From Candidatus Omnitrophota bacterium (GTDB lineage: Bacteria > Omnitrophota > Gorgyraeia > Zapsychrales > Fredricksoniimonadaceae): a DNA stretch of 64,000 bases. The DNA lies in NCBI GenBank assembly GCA_037131245.1, contig JBAXRK010000011.1:16699-80698 (forward strand), in the 5' to 3' direction. Positions 19,064-27,933 of the stretch are shown piece by piece (position 1 is the stretch's first letter; the number at the start of each line of letters is the position of its first letter). Under the pieces are notes generated by a model. That model was not told the origin of the DNA. It did not search any database and saw only the letters and a list, made by a program, of their open reading frames with translations. Both the position numbers and the translations under genes were made by a program.

Positions 19064-21790
19064 AGCGACGGCGGAGCTGCCACCCAGCGGTGAGATGCCG
19101 GTAATGACTGGTGAAAGGCCCGGCGCGTTCTCGTAAGCTTCAAGTTCCAGGGTCGAATAAGAAGAACCCTCTTCCTGGCCGCCTTCAATGTCGAGTGCCA
19201 CGCGGTCGATAGAAAAATCCACGCCGCCAACCTTTGCCGCACCTTCAGCGGGATCAACCGGAAAATGATCGATGATCTTCTCAAGTTGCGCCAGGCGCAC
19301 TAACTGCCGGGAAATGCCATCGCGCGCGTACCGAAAAGCAGGCCCTTTTAACTCCTTGAGCACTCCCCAAAGACCATCCATGACCTGATGACATTCTGAT
19401 AACCCCGCTCCCCGTCGCAGCGCGCGCTGCCGGGCCGGTGAAGTGCGGATCTCTTGAGGTGACGGCCAATAGGCCTGCTCGATCAACGCCGCGCGCTGTA
19501 ACAGGCCCGCCAGAGGCACCGAGCGAGCCTCTCCCAATGGCGCTAACGAATAAAGAACGATCTCCCGCCCGCGCTCACTTTGAACCCACTCCGCCAGGTA
19601 ACCGGACGGCGCCGCCCGGCCGAAAGCCGACAGGCCCCTGAGGGTCGAATGCGCCACCTCCCCGCCGTTATCCGTCACCGCCTGTACTATCTTTGTTGTC
19701 TCCTGATGTTGCACATTCCAAACCAGGATCCTTTCATACGGCCGGGCGATCATCTGGAAAAGCGCCGTAAAATACCCCTGCCCCGCTATCCTGGTCATTT
19801 CTGTGTTCACATAGCTCAGGATGAGGCTATTCTCCCGATCGCCCTCAAAAACGCGCAAGACCTCCCACCCGTCCACCATCACCGCCAGGCTTTTTCTCCC
19901 CGGAAAATTTTCCTGGCCTTCAAAATCATGGTCCGCCGGTTCATACCGCGCGCGCATCGGAACATTACCCGGCCCCATGAACACGAACTGCCTGACCTGC
20001 GCCTCCGTCCCCATCTCCCTGAAGTGCCGCGCCGTATCAAGCGCCTCATCCATCCCGATATTTTGAGCCGCATCCACTTTACGGGCTTCCAAGGTAAATC
20101 CGGCCACCGCGATCTGCTGTGGATCTTCTGCCAAAGGCGCCCTCTTCTGCCAAACCCGGCGCAGCGCCTCAACGCCTGATGAAGAAGCACCCTCCCGCAT
20201 CGCCAGGCCCTCAAAACCCGCCTGATCAAGCAAATGACCCATCAATGTCTTTTGTAAAACCCTGGAGAGTGAAATAGTCCCCGGCCCGGAAGCCTCTTGC
20301 TCAACGATCAACAGGTCTTTTCCCTGATCATCTCGGAAAAATAACTGGCCCTGCGTTCCCAGGGAACAGCGCTCGGCCAACAAGACCCTCGTCTCCGAAT
20401 TACTGACCCCCTCAACCAAAGCGCCTCCGGCATCAAGCGCATTGTACAACGCCCGATAGATCGCTTTACCCAAATGACGCTTCCTCAGAGACTCCGGCAG
20501 GAAGATCGCGACCCCCGCGATGCGGCGGGCCTGCTGATCATAGCGGAAAAAAACCATCCGGTTAAAGCGTGTGCCATCGCGGCGGCGGATCAACTCCATC
20601 CCGAAATACTTCCCGGAATTCTTCATCGGGATCACCTGGACTTCATAAACCTCGCCCTGGCTATCCACGATCTCCCGGCCCAGGAACCGTTGAACCACAG
20701 GATCAACGCCGGATTTCCAAGGTGACAGAAGAACATTGAGTTTTAAGAAGCCAGGACCGGCAAAGCTAAATTTACCGCTGTCACCTTTCTCGGACGTTAC
20801 TTCAAGCGCCTGTGACATATCGCCCGACCAACCTCCCGTGAAATACCGCCGGGGAATAAGCTCGCCGGTCGAGGGGTCTGTTTCTTCTCGGATCAGGTCG
20901 GCCGCTCCCGAGCGAAAGGCCTGAACATACGCCTCCCAGATCTTCTCCGGCGTCTGGTCTCCCGGGCCCGTGCGTTGCAACCCCGCTACCTTGCTCCGAT
21001 CCGTGAAGACCCGGGCCAAGCCGCTGTGCGTAACCTGGCGCTTGTACCAGGCTGCCAGGATCAGCGAATAATAAACCTGCCGCAACGGCGCGAACGCCGT
21101 GCCCTCATTGATCTCCTGCTCCAGCGCCGGGATCACCACGTCGCGCAGGATCGCCGATGTACCATCGACACTACCCGGCTGGCCATGATGTTCTTCTTCG
21201 GTCATCACTTTCATCCTGGCGGCCGTGATCCAGGCCGTCGGCCCATCGACGCTCACGCCTTCGCGCACGGCAGCGACACCCGGAACGATCCATACCCGGC
21301 TGAAAACATCTACCGGAATATCGGCCGAGCCGTATCGCGCGCTGGCCTGCTGATACACCCTCGCCCAGAACTTCTTGCCCAACTCATGATCCGGATGCAA
21401 CAAGCCGGCCACTTGCCGTTTTAATTGCAGATCGGATTCAAGCAACTCGCGCCCCATTCTTGTTGACCCGAACGTCTCCGGAATAATGCGGCCTTTTTCA
21501 TTGGGTGAAAGATTGACCCACAAGTCTTTTTCGGGAACAGTGAGCGCGGTAAGAAAATAGCGGATCAGGCTGTCTGACGGTGTTTTAATATTCCCGGCCT
21601 GCGCGCCGGGGTCGAGGATAAAATCAAAACGGAAAGGGTCGTTACGATAAACGTTGATGCCTTTAAGAAGAGGCGGTGTGGCCGACACCGCAGCCACTCC
21701 TTGAGCATAGGCCTTACCATCGACCGTCAGCAAAACGATGGCCAGAAGGCCGGCCAGGATCCTGTGAAAAGTCCGAGTCCAAAATCTCAA
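19046..21790 (-). CDS. Large exported protein of unknown function with a conserved C-terminal module
   Basis: 914 aa with a TTG start (AGGA 6 nt upstream). Signal peptide ...LLTVDGKAYA/QG. Two internal segments carry GNAT motif-A-like strings (RHLGKA, RIAGQG). The C-terminal 60 aa are shared with ORF 63130... Confidence 0.5.
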   Translation of the reverse strand: MRFWTRTFHRILAGLLAIVLLTVDGKAYAQGVAAVSATPPLLKGINVYRNDPFRFDFILDPGAQAGNIKTPSDSLIRYFLTALTVPEKDLWVNLSPNEKGRIIPETFGSTRMGRELLESDLQLKRQVAGLLHPDHELGKKFWARVYQQASARYGSADIPVDVFSRVWIVPGVAAVREGVSVDGPTAWITAARMKVMTEEEHHGQPGSVDGTSAILRDVVIPALEQEINEGTAFAPLRQVYYSLILAAWYKRQVTHSGLARVFTDRSKVAGLQRTGPGDQTPEKIWEAYVQAFRSGAADLIREETDPSTGELIPRRYFTGGWSGDMSQALEVTSEKGDSGKFSFAGPGFLKLNVLLSPWKSGVDPVVQRFLGREIVDSQGEVYEVQVIPMKNSGKYFGMELIRRRDGTRFNRMVFFRYDQQARRIAGVAIFLPESLRKRHLGKAIYRALYNALDAGGALVEGVSNSETRVLLAERCSLGTQGQLFFRDDQGKDLLIVEQEASGPGTISLSRVLQKTLMGHLLDQAGFEGLAMREGASSSGVEALRRVWQKRAPLAEDPQQIAVAGFTLEARKVDAAQNIGMDEALDTARHFREMGTEAQVRQFVFMGPGNVPMRARYEPADHDFEGQENFPGRKSLAVMVDGWEVLRVFEGDRENSLILSYVNTEMTRIAGQGYFTALFQMIARPYERILVWNVQHQETTKIVQAVTDNGGEVAHSTLRGLSAFGRAAPSGYLAEWVQSERGREIVLYSLAPLGEARSVPLAGLLQRAALIEQAYWPSPQEIRTSPARQRALRRGAGLSECHQVMDGLWGVLKELKGPAFRYARDGISRQLVRLAQLEKIIDHFPVDPAEGAAKVGGVDFSIDRVALDIEGGQEEGSSYSTLELEAYENAPGLSPVITGISPLGGSSAVALFKQL

Positions 21791-21855
21791 TGGTTATCCT
21801 TTATTTAGCAAGACGCCCCGCCTGCCCTGAAAGATAACATATATTCTTTATATGT

Positions 21856-21875
21856 GCCACCCGGGTAAGGGTGGC
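21856..21875 (-). other. Perfect GC hairpin abutting the stop codon of the pilin-DUF1566 gene
   Basis: GCCACCC-GGGTAA-GGGTGGC (7-bp stem, 6-nt loop) ends 1 nt from the TAA at 21876..21878. No T-run follows. An AT palindrome, ACATATA-N5-TATATGT, sits directly adjacent at 21837..21855. Confidence 0.6.
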
Positions 21876-22673
21876 TTACGGGCTGCGGACGCAACGCACG
21901 CTGTAGGTGTGGTTCTTGCCGTTACTAACCTGGGCGCCATTACTGAAGAACTGGATCCAGGCGTTAACATTACCATTGAAATCCGTCGACGACCAAAAAC
22001 CAGAGCCAGACCCAATTCCCAATGCGACCCGATTTACATACAAGACAGAATTTAGTTCACTCTTTGAAGGCAAATGCCAGTCGGCACCCTTGGCAGCACA
22101 AGTAGCTGCGGCCGTGGCCCAGTTCATTGTACCCTCATCAGCAGGCGTCGTCCGGTACCCCGGGCCGGCGTAGAGCGTTCCGTCACTACATACGGTTCCT
22201 ATAGCCGGTGACAGGTCACAAGGATCGGGAACGATCAGGCTGGCGCAAGTACCGATATTCTTGGCGCAAGCACCCGCTGTTGTTTCAACGCACACCGGGT
22301 CTGCGGCGCTCCCATCCAGAAGCACGCACGCCTTAAACGAATTGTCGTCTGCCGTCGCCAGGCACTCCACCCCGTCACAGCCGTACACCGCCCCCTGCGG
22401 CACAATAGAGAGCGTCCGCGTCCCATTAATGCTGTTTATTTCGCTTGTCGTGCACGCGGTGCTCACCGCGCAGGCAAAAGCCGGGTTACCATTCACCACC
22501 CGGAGCCGGTTGGCATCCCTGATGATCGTCAGATTGGCGATCGCGTCCCTGGACCTTGAACGCTGGATCGATTTATTAAATGAGGGAATGCCAAAACTCG
22601 CGATCAGGCCGATGATCACCATGACCACGACCAGTTCCACCATCGTAAATGCCGAGCAATACTTCTTGATCAT
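21876..22673 (-). CDS. Prepilin-type N-terminal methylation-motif protein with a C-terminal DUF1566 (Lcl-C/C-type-lectin-fold-like) domain
   Basis: 265 aa. N-terminus MIKKYCSAFTMVELVVVMVIIGLIA is a class III signal-like sequence with Ala at -1. C-terminus is GTVCSDGTLYAGPGYRTT...WHLPSKSELNSV...FWSST...VRCVRSP. Confidence 0.7.
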   Translation of the reverse strand: MIKKYCSAFTMVELVVVMVIIGLIASFGIPSFNKSIQRSRSRDAIANLTIIRDANRLRVVNGNPAFACAVSTACTTSEINSINGTRTLSIVPQGAVYGCDGVECLATADDNSFKACVLLDGSAADPVCVETTAGACAKNIGTCASLIVPDPCDLSPAIGTVCSDGTLYAGPGYRTTPADEGTMNWATAAATCAAKGADWHLPSKSELNSVLYVNRVALGIGSGSGFWSSTDFNGNVNAWIQFFSNGAQVSNGKNHTYSVRCVRSP

Positions 22674-22695
22674 AAATAGTGTGTACGCATATTAT

Positions 22696-23592
22696 TTAAG
22701 GGCTGCGGACGCAACGGACAGTGAAAAGGTATGCCTTAGTGGTAACGATGTTGTGGTTGCCATCATAGGAAATCAGGAAAAAGGCCTTTGTATTATCATT
22801 ATTGAACTCTGTCGACGACGCATACCAACGGTACTGAAATCCCCCAATTGAGTGCGCAGGCGGAGGATCAGGACATACCATACCGTTAAAATCAAAATTT
22901 GCGCAATACGTGTTGCTATGCACCCAAAGCACATCGTAAAGCTCACTCACCGTTGGCAAACGCCACCCTGCGCCCTTGTTTAAACAGAATTGCTTGGCTG
23001 CTGCCCAATCCATCACCCCTTCATCCGCTGCCGTTGTCCTGTAGCCGGGGCCCGCATAGACGGTTCCATCATCACAAACCGTTCCATAATCCGGTGTTCC
23101 ATCGCAGGGATCGGAAGGCGCCGGAGCGCTTGCCGCGGCAGCGCCGAAGGAGCCATTGGTCACCGCGGTATCGTCGCCGCTGACCGTTACCGTGCCTTCA
23201 GATGTGATCGTCATGGATCCGCTGATCCCATCCACTCCGACCGTGCCGATCGAATAGAACCTCCCGCTTTTGGTATAAAGATAATCACTGCCACTGAAAG
23301 GGTCCAGCAACGGCGCATCGATCATCGGCGGAGTCGCGCCAACAAGGTCCGTACTAATATTGGAAGGCAAAGCATTGGAATGGAATGTGCGATAAGACTC
23401 TACCGCCGCCTGAAGGGTTTTGAGCTCCCGCTGGGCTTTGGTGATATTCATCTGCGCCATCAACCCCTTGATCCGCGGGATCGAAATGCCGATCAACACG
23501 GCCACGACCACAACAACCATCATGATCTCAAGGATCGTGAACCCCCGCGACCTCAATCTAAACCCGTTTTTTGAGAAGATAGTCCGCATCAT
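22696..23592 (-). CDS. GspG-like pseudopilin with a C-terminal DUF1566 (Lcl-C-like) domain
   Basis: 298 aa. Canonical prepilin motif SRG/FTILEIMMVVVVVAVLIG, then a GspG-like body (LLDPF...SGDDTAVTNG). C-terminus is GTVCDDGTVYAGPGYRTT...WRLPTVSELYDV...YASST...VRCVRSP. Confidence 0.75.
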   Translation of the reverse strand: MMRTIFSKNGFRLRSRGFTILEIMMVVVVVAVLIGISIPRIKGLMAQMNITKAQRELKTLQAAVESYRTFHSNALPSNISTDLVGATPPMIDAPLLDPFSGSDYLYTKSGRFYSIGTVGVDGISGSMTITSEGTVTVSGDDTAVTNGSFGAAAASAPAPSDPCDGTPDYGTVCDDGTVYAGPGYRTTAADEGVMDWAAAKQFCLNKGAGWRLPTVSELYDVLWVHSNTYCANFDFNGMVCPDPPPAHSIGGFQYRWYASSTEFNNDNTKAFFLISYDGNHNIVTTKAYLFTVRCVRSP

Positions 23593-23595
23593 TTC

Positions 23596-24783
23596 TCACT
23601 TTAATTTCAGGACCAACTGGTCAACATTCTGCCATGGAATAGCTGTAACACGTTCCGATAACCGCATCTTCCTGGGGCAACGACAAACAACAACGCCATC
23701 CGATGCCTGGGGGTACTCCTTCAGGAATGTTTCCAGATGTCGGCAATCAGACGGCGAGGGTGCATCGGTCCACTTAACTTCAACGGGCAAATAGCGCCCA
23801 TTTTCTTCCAGAACCCAATCAACTTCCGGACCATCCGGGTCACGCCAAAAATGTAACTGCGCCCTCCGCTGTTGAAGGCGAGAACAGCGCAACAATTCAA
23901 GCCCAACAAAATGTTCTAACCAAAGCCCCCATGTTTCTCGCGCCGGACGAACCCCTTCCCTGGCAGCGAGACGACGAACACCCAGATCAAAAAATAAATA
24001 CTTGGGGGAACGAGTGAGTTTCTTTCGGGTCTTGCTTTTTGTCAGCGGATCAATACGTTCAGCAATAAGGCAGTCCTGAAGAATATTGTAATACCCCGCT
24101 ATTGTCGTATGCGCGACGCCGATCTCCTGGGAAAGTTTCTGCGTATTAACGATCTGCCCCGACTCAGCCGCCGCCAGTTCCAGAAATCTGGCGAACGCTC
24201 CAAGATTCCGCACAATAGCTTCCGCCCGAACCTCTTCCTCCAAATAGGTCGTTACATAAGAAGCAAGATCGGTTTCACGGTCAGCCGCATTTTTGCAAGC
24301 CAGAATTCCAGGCAAAGCACCATAAAGCAGGCGGCTTTCCAAATTGTCCGCTTCGGCTTCTGCGAGAACGAACGGATCAAGTCGCAAAGCAACGATCCGC
24401 CCCGGAAGAAGGTTGGTCGTAGCGCCCTGTTTAAGTTTTCTGGCGGATGATCCTGTCAATATAAAAGACGCCTGTCCACGATCAACTAGATCCTGAATCA
24501 CATCAAGGATCTTGGGGACTTTCTGAACCTCATCAATAAAGACTACCGGAAGGGTCTTTGATCCCTTTTCCTTTAACGCTTCTACTTCCCCGGTCAAAAG
24601 TCCAGGATCCCTCTCATAACGCTGACGTACATCCGGCCGAACCAATGACAAATAAAGATCCCGCTTGATCCGATCAAGCATCGTGGTCTTGCCCGTTTGC
24701 CTGGGACCAAGCAGAAGAACGCTCTTCCCCCGGGCCAGTGCTTTCCTAACCTGCTCTTCTTGAAGCCGTTTCTGGTATTCCAT
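23596..24783 (-). CDS. AAA-family ATPase with a DUF4143-type C-terminal domain
   Basis: ORF 23596..24843 (TTG), trimmed to ATG 24783 (MEYQKRLQEEQ...). Walker A is LLLGPRQTGKTT and Walker B-like is VVFIDEVQ. The C-terminal region (DPDGPEVDWVLE...YLPVEVKW) is typical of the AAA_14/DUF4143 architecture. Confidence 0.75.
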   Translation of the reverse strand: MEYQKRLQEEQVRKALARGKSVLLLGPRQTGKTTMLDRIKRDLYLSLVRPDVRQRYERDPGLLTGEVEALKEKGSKTLPVVFIDEVQKVPKILDVIQDLVDRGQASFILTGSSARKLKQGATTNLLPGRIVALRLDPFVLAEAEADNLESRLLYGALPGILACKNAADRETDLASYVTTYLEEEVRAEAIVRNLGAFARFLELAAAESGQIVNTQKLSQEIGVAHTTIAGYYNILQDCLIAERIDPLTKSKTRKKLTRSPKYLFFDLGVRRLAAREGVRPARETWGLWLEHFVGLELLRCSRLQQRRAQLHFWRDPDGPEVDWVLEENGRYLPVEVKWTDAPSPSDCRHLETFLKEYPQASDGVVVCRCPRKMRLSERVTAIPWQNVDQLVLKLK

Positions 24784-24790
24784 AGGCTCA

Positions 24791-24819
24791 ATATTCGCCG
24801 AAATATGAGTGTTCGTCAA
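24791..24819 (-). promoter_or_regulatory. Putative sigma70-type promoter, apparently leaderless, for the AAA ATPase gene
   Basis: The minus strand reads TTGACG (24819..24814), a 17-nt spacer, then GAATAT (24796..24791). The ATG at 24783 lies only 7 nt downstream of the -10 element. Confidence 0.3.
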
Positions 24820-24883
24820 CAATATTCTTTTCCAAGTTAACAATGCCTCGGGATCGAAATACCGATCAACGTGGCCAGGCTGG

Positions 24884-25492
24884 TCAGCAATCCTTTGTCG
24901 CCAGATAACGTTCCAGCAATTTCAGGAACTGCCGCAACGCGTTCGCCCGATGGCTGATGGTCTGCTTGAAAGAAAGGGGCAACTCGCCAAAAGTCTTCCC
25001 CTCGGATGGTATGATAAAAAGCGGATCGTAACCAAAACCATGGTCACCGCGCGGGCCGGAAGCGATCACCCCTTCGCAGGAACCTTCCACGACATCAATA
25101 AGCCGATCTTTATCGGCCAAAGCGATCGCCGAACGGTAACGCGCGGTGCGCTTGGGCTGCGGGACACCATCGAGCTCGCGCAACAGCTTGGCATTGTTCT
25201 TCAGGTCATCAGCATCCTCTCCGGCATAACGCGCGGAAAAAACACCCGGACGGCCACCCAGCGCGTCGACCTCAAGGCCGGAATCCTCGCCCATCACCAC
25301 CCCGCCTGTATGCTGGGCAATAACCACGGCTTTTTTGGCGGCATTCGCGCGAAAGGTCAGCCCGTCCTCAACGATCTCCGGCATGGGCCCTAAATCCAAC
25401 AGCGAAATGACCTTGATATCAAAAGGCGCCAGCAAGTCCGCGATCTCGCGGACCTTGCCCTTGTTCTTTGTAGCTACCAGCAACTCTTTCAT
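24884..25492 (-). CDS. rdgB: Non-canonical purine NTP pyrophosphatase (RdgB/HAM1 family)
   Basis: 202 aa. [14 protein letters not shown]...[16 protein letters not shown](F)SARYAG...FGYDPLF...SHRANAL. ATGA overlap with rph. Confidence 0.9.
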   Translation of the reverse strand: MKELLVATKNKGKVREIADLLAPFDIKVISLLDLGPMPEIVEDGLTFRANAAKKAVVIAQHTGGVVMGEDSGLEVDALGGRPGVFSARYAGEDADDLKNNAKLLRELDGVPQPKRTARYRSAIALADKDRLIDVVEGSCEGVIASGPRGDHGFGYDPLFIIPSEGKTFGELPLSFKQTISHRANALRQFLKLLERYLATKDC

Positions 25493-26196
25493 TTAAGCGC
25501 CTTGTTCTGAATGATGAACAATTCCTTGATGCCCTTCTCCGCCAGCTTGAGCATGGCGTCCATCTGCTTCTTGGAGAAAGCCTTGCCCTCGGCTGTCCCC
25601 TGGACCTCCACGAAGTCGCCGCTATCGACCATGACAATATTCATGTCGACTTCCGCTTTGGAATCTTCGTGATAATTTAAGTCAAGCACCGGCTTCCCCT
25701 CAGAGATCCCCACGCTGATCGCCGCGATCTGCCGCGTGATCGGCCACTGTAGCAATAGGCCGTCTTTCTTGATCTTCTTAAGCGCCAGGACCAACGCGAT
25801 ATAGCCACCGGTGATCGAGGCTGTACGTGTGCCGCCATCGCCCTGGATGACATCGCAATCGATCTTGACCGTGCGCTCGCCGAGCTTCTTCATATCGACC
25901 ACCGCCCGGAGCGAACGGCCCACCAGGCGCTGGATCTCTTGCGTTCGCCCGGAAGCGCCTTTCTCGCGGCTGATGCGCTGAGTACAAGAGCGGGGCAGCA
26001 TTCCGTATTCGGCCGTGACCCAACCCTGCCCCTTGCCTTTAAGAAAAGGCGGCACGCTCTCTTCCACCGAGGCGGAACAAACAACCTTGGTATCGCCGAA
26101 AGCGATGATGCACGAGCCCTCGGCGTGTTTCAAATAATTCTTCTGGACCGTGATCTTCCGTAATTCATCGGCTTTACGCCCGTCGACTCTTTTCAT
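25489..26196 (-). CDS. rph: Ribonuclease PH
   Basis: 235 aa. [11 protein letters not shown]...[15 protein letters not shown]...[15 protein letters not shown]...[18 protein letters not shown]. Confidence 0.92.
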   Translation of the reverse strand: MKRVDGRKADELRKITVQKNYLKHAEGSCIIAFGDTKVVCSASVEESVPPFLKGKGQGWVTAEYGMLPRSCTQRISREKGASGRTQEIQRLVGRSLRAVVDMKKLGERTVKIDCDVIQGDGGTRTASITGGYIALVLALKKIKKDGLLLQWPITRQIAAISVGISEGKPVLDLNYHEDSKAEVDMNIVMVDSGDFVEVQGTAEGKAFSKKQMDAMLKLAEKGIKELFIIQNKALK

Positions 26197-26591
26197 TTTC
26201 TCTTTCCCTTATATTCGGCTTCCACGGTGGTGTAGATACCACCGCGGGGATTCATCGCGACACTGACCTTCATCCAGCGCGGCTTGCAGGCCTTCACCAG
26301 GTCATCGAGCAACTTGTTCACCAGATGCTCATGAAAGATCCCGACCTCACGATAAAACATCGTGTACATTTTAAGCGACTTGAGCTCCAGGCAATCTTTT
26401 CCCGGGCGGTAGTCTACCTTGATCACCGCGAAATCCGGCAACCCCGTCTTCGGGCAAATACAGGTGAATTCCGGGATCTCCAAATGGATCACATAATCGC
26501 GGTCGGCGTACTGGTTCTCCCAAACTTCGATAAGCGGCGTTTTAAGCTGCCGGATCTTTTTCTGCAGGCCTTCATAAGAACTGATATCCAT
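26193..26591 (-). CDS. queF: NADPH-dependent 7-cyano-7-deazaguanine reductase (type I QueF)
   Basis: 132 aa. [36 protein letters not shown] is the QueF active-site motif. AGGAGG RBS upstream. Confidence 0.9.
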   Translation of the reverse strand: MDISSYEGLQKKIRQLKTPLIEVWENQYADRDYVIHLEIPEFTCICPKTGLPDFAVIKVDYRPGKDCLELKSLKMYTMFYREVGIFHEHLVNKLLDDLVKACKPRWMKVSVAMNPRGGIYTTVEAEYKGKRK

Positions 26592-26600
26592 CTGCCCTCC

Positions 26601-27296
26601 TTACCTGATATCCATGAATTTATGCATCTGCGGGATGATGCGCACGTCCGTCAGATAATTAAGCGCGTACTGCTGGAACTCGCGGCATTTGCGCATGACG
26701 CCTTTATCAATATCAAAGAAATTCGGCTGCAGGAAAAGCGGCATGGCGGGATCGCCCTTGGAGATCATCTCGACCGCGCGAATAACATCCTCGATGGTTG
26801 TGCCCGTCGTGATCACGGTCTTAATGAACACATCCTTGCCCCAGGCCACCCGCAGGAACTCCACATGCTCGTCCCAATAACCCGGGCAGCCGGTGGAACT
26901 CGGTAATTTGATATCCATGGAAACAATGTCCACATCCTCGATCACTTCTTTAAGGGCTTCCGGCAGCGTGCCGTTCGTCTCCAGGAAGACCGGCACCTTG
27001 TAGATCTGAAGGACCGGAAAGATCTCTTTAAGAAAATCCTTCTGCACCAGCGGCTCCCCGCCGGTAAAACAAACCGAATGGCTACCGCGATAAACTTTTT
27101 CGATCTCACTCCAGACTTCCAGCGGCTCCATGACCGCCACGCCCGGCGCGTCGGCTTTCTGCGCGTGGGTCGTATCGCACCAGGAGCAGTTCAAGTTACA
27201 CCCCGCCAAGCGCACAAATACCTGCGGCGTGCCGCAATACTTGCCCTCACCCTGGACGGAATCGAAGATCTCGATGATCTTGCCTTTAACGGCCAT
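26601..27296 (-). CDS. queE: 7-carboxy-7-deazaguanine synthase (radical SAM)
   Basis: ORF 26601..27308 (TTG). ATG 27296 gives MAVKGKIIEIFDSVQGEGKYCGTPQVFVRLAGCNLNCSWCDT. It overlaps the queC stop by 11 nt. Confidence 0.85.
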   Translation of the reverse strand: MAVKGKIIEIFDSVQGEGKYCGTPQVFVRLAGCNLNCSWCDTTHAQKADAPGVAVMEPLEVWSEIEKVYRGSHSVCFTGGEPLVQKDFLKEIFPVLQIYKVPVFLETNGTLPEALKEVIEDVDIVSMDIKLPSSTGCPGYWDEHVEFLRVAWGKDVFIKTVITTGTTIEDVIRAVEMISKGDPAMPLFLQPNFFDIDKGVMRKCREFQQYALNYLTDVRIIPQMHKFMDIR

Positions 27297-27933
27297 ACAC
27301 TTCCTCAAACCCTTTTGCTCTTAACCGGCAGCTATCGCACACCCCGCAGGCCCTGGCGCCACCCTGGTAACACGACCAGGTCTTATCATAAGGCACGCCC
27401 AGCTTAAGCCCCAGGCGGATGATCTGCGCCTTGCTCATCCGGATCAAAGGCGTTTCAATGCTGATCGCGTGATGCTCAACACCGGCCTTGAGCCCCGCGT
27501 CCAACGCTTTCTGAAAAGCCTTGAAGAATGACGGACGGCAGTCGGGATACCCGGAATAATCGAGCGCGTTAGCGCCGATGAAGATCGTCCGCGCGCCGGA
27601 AGCTTCCGCGAAAGACGCGGCAAAACTCACGAAAATAATATTGCGCGCCGGCACATAGGTCGACGGAATAATACCCTTCTTGACGCCCCGCACCGGAACG
27701 TGGGTCTTGGTATCGAGCAGCGAGGAGCCTTTCCAGGGCAAGCTGATCTTGACCACTTCCAGCCGCACACCGGCGGCTTTGGCCACCGCGCGGGCCGCGT
27801 GGATCTCTTTCTTATGCCGCTGGCCGTAATCAAAGACCAGCGCGCGCGCCTCGTAACCTTTATCCAGCGCGTAATACAAGGTCGTCGCGGAATCCAGCCC
27901 GCCGGAAAGCAATACAATGCATCTTTTACTCAT
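27286..27933 (-). CDS. queC: 7-cyano-7-deazaguanine synthase
   Basis: 215 aa. VLLSGGLDS PP-loop and a C-terminal Zn-Cys cluster, CYQGGARACGVCDSCRLR. Confidence 0.92.
   Translation of the reverse strand: MSKRCIVLLSGGLDSATTLYYALDKGYEARALVFDYGQRHKKEIHAARAVAKAAGVRLEVVKISLPWKGSSLLDTKTHVPVRGVKKGIIPSTYVPARNIIFVSFAASFAEASGARTIFIGANALDYSGYPDCRPSFFKAFQKALDAGLKAGVEHHAISIETPLIRMSKAQIIRLGLKLGVPYDKTWSCYQGGARACGVCDSCRLRAKGFEEVYGR

Noticed and set aside
21876-23592. Whether the two DUF1566 3' regions are a DGR template-repeat/variable-region pair of each other.
   Set aside because: Aligned codon by codon, they differ at many non-adenine positions and by indels. Neither can be the template of the other. Only the terminal 17-mer is shared. 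Any DGR would need an RT and template repeat outside this window.
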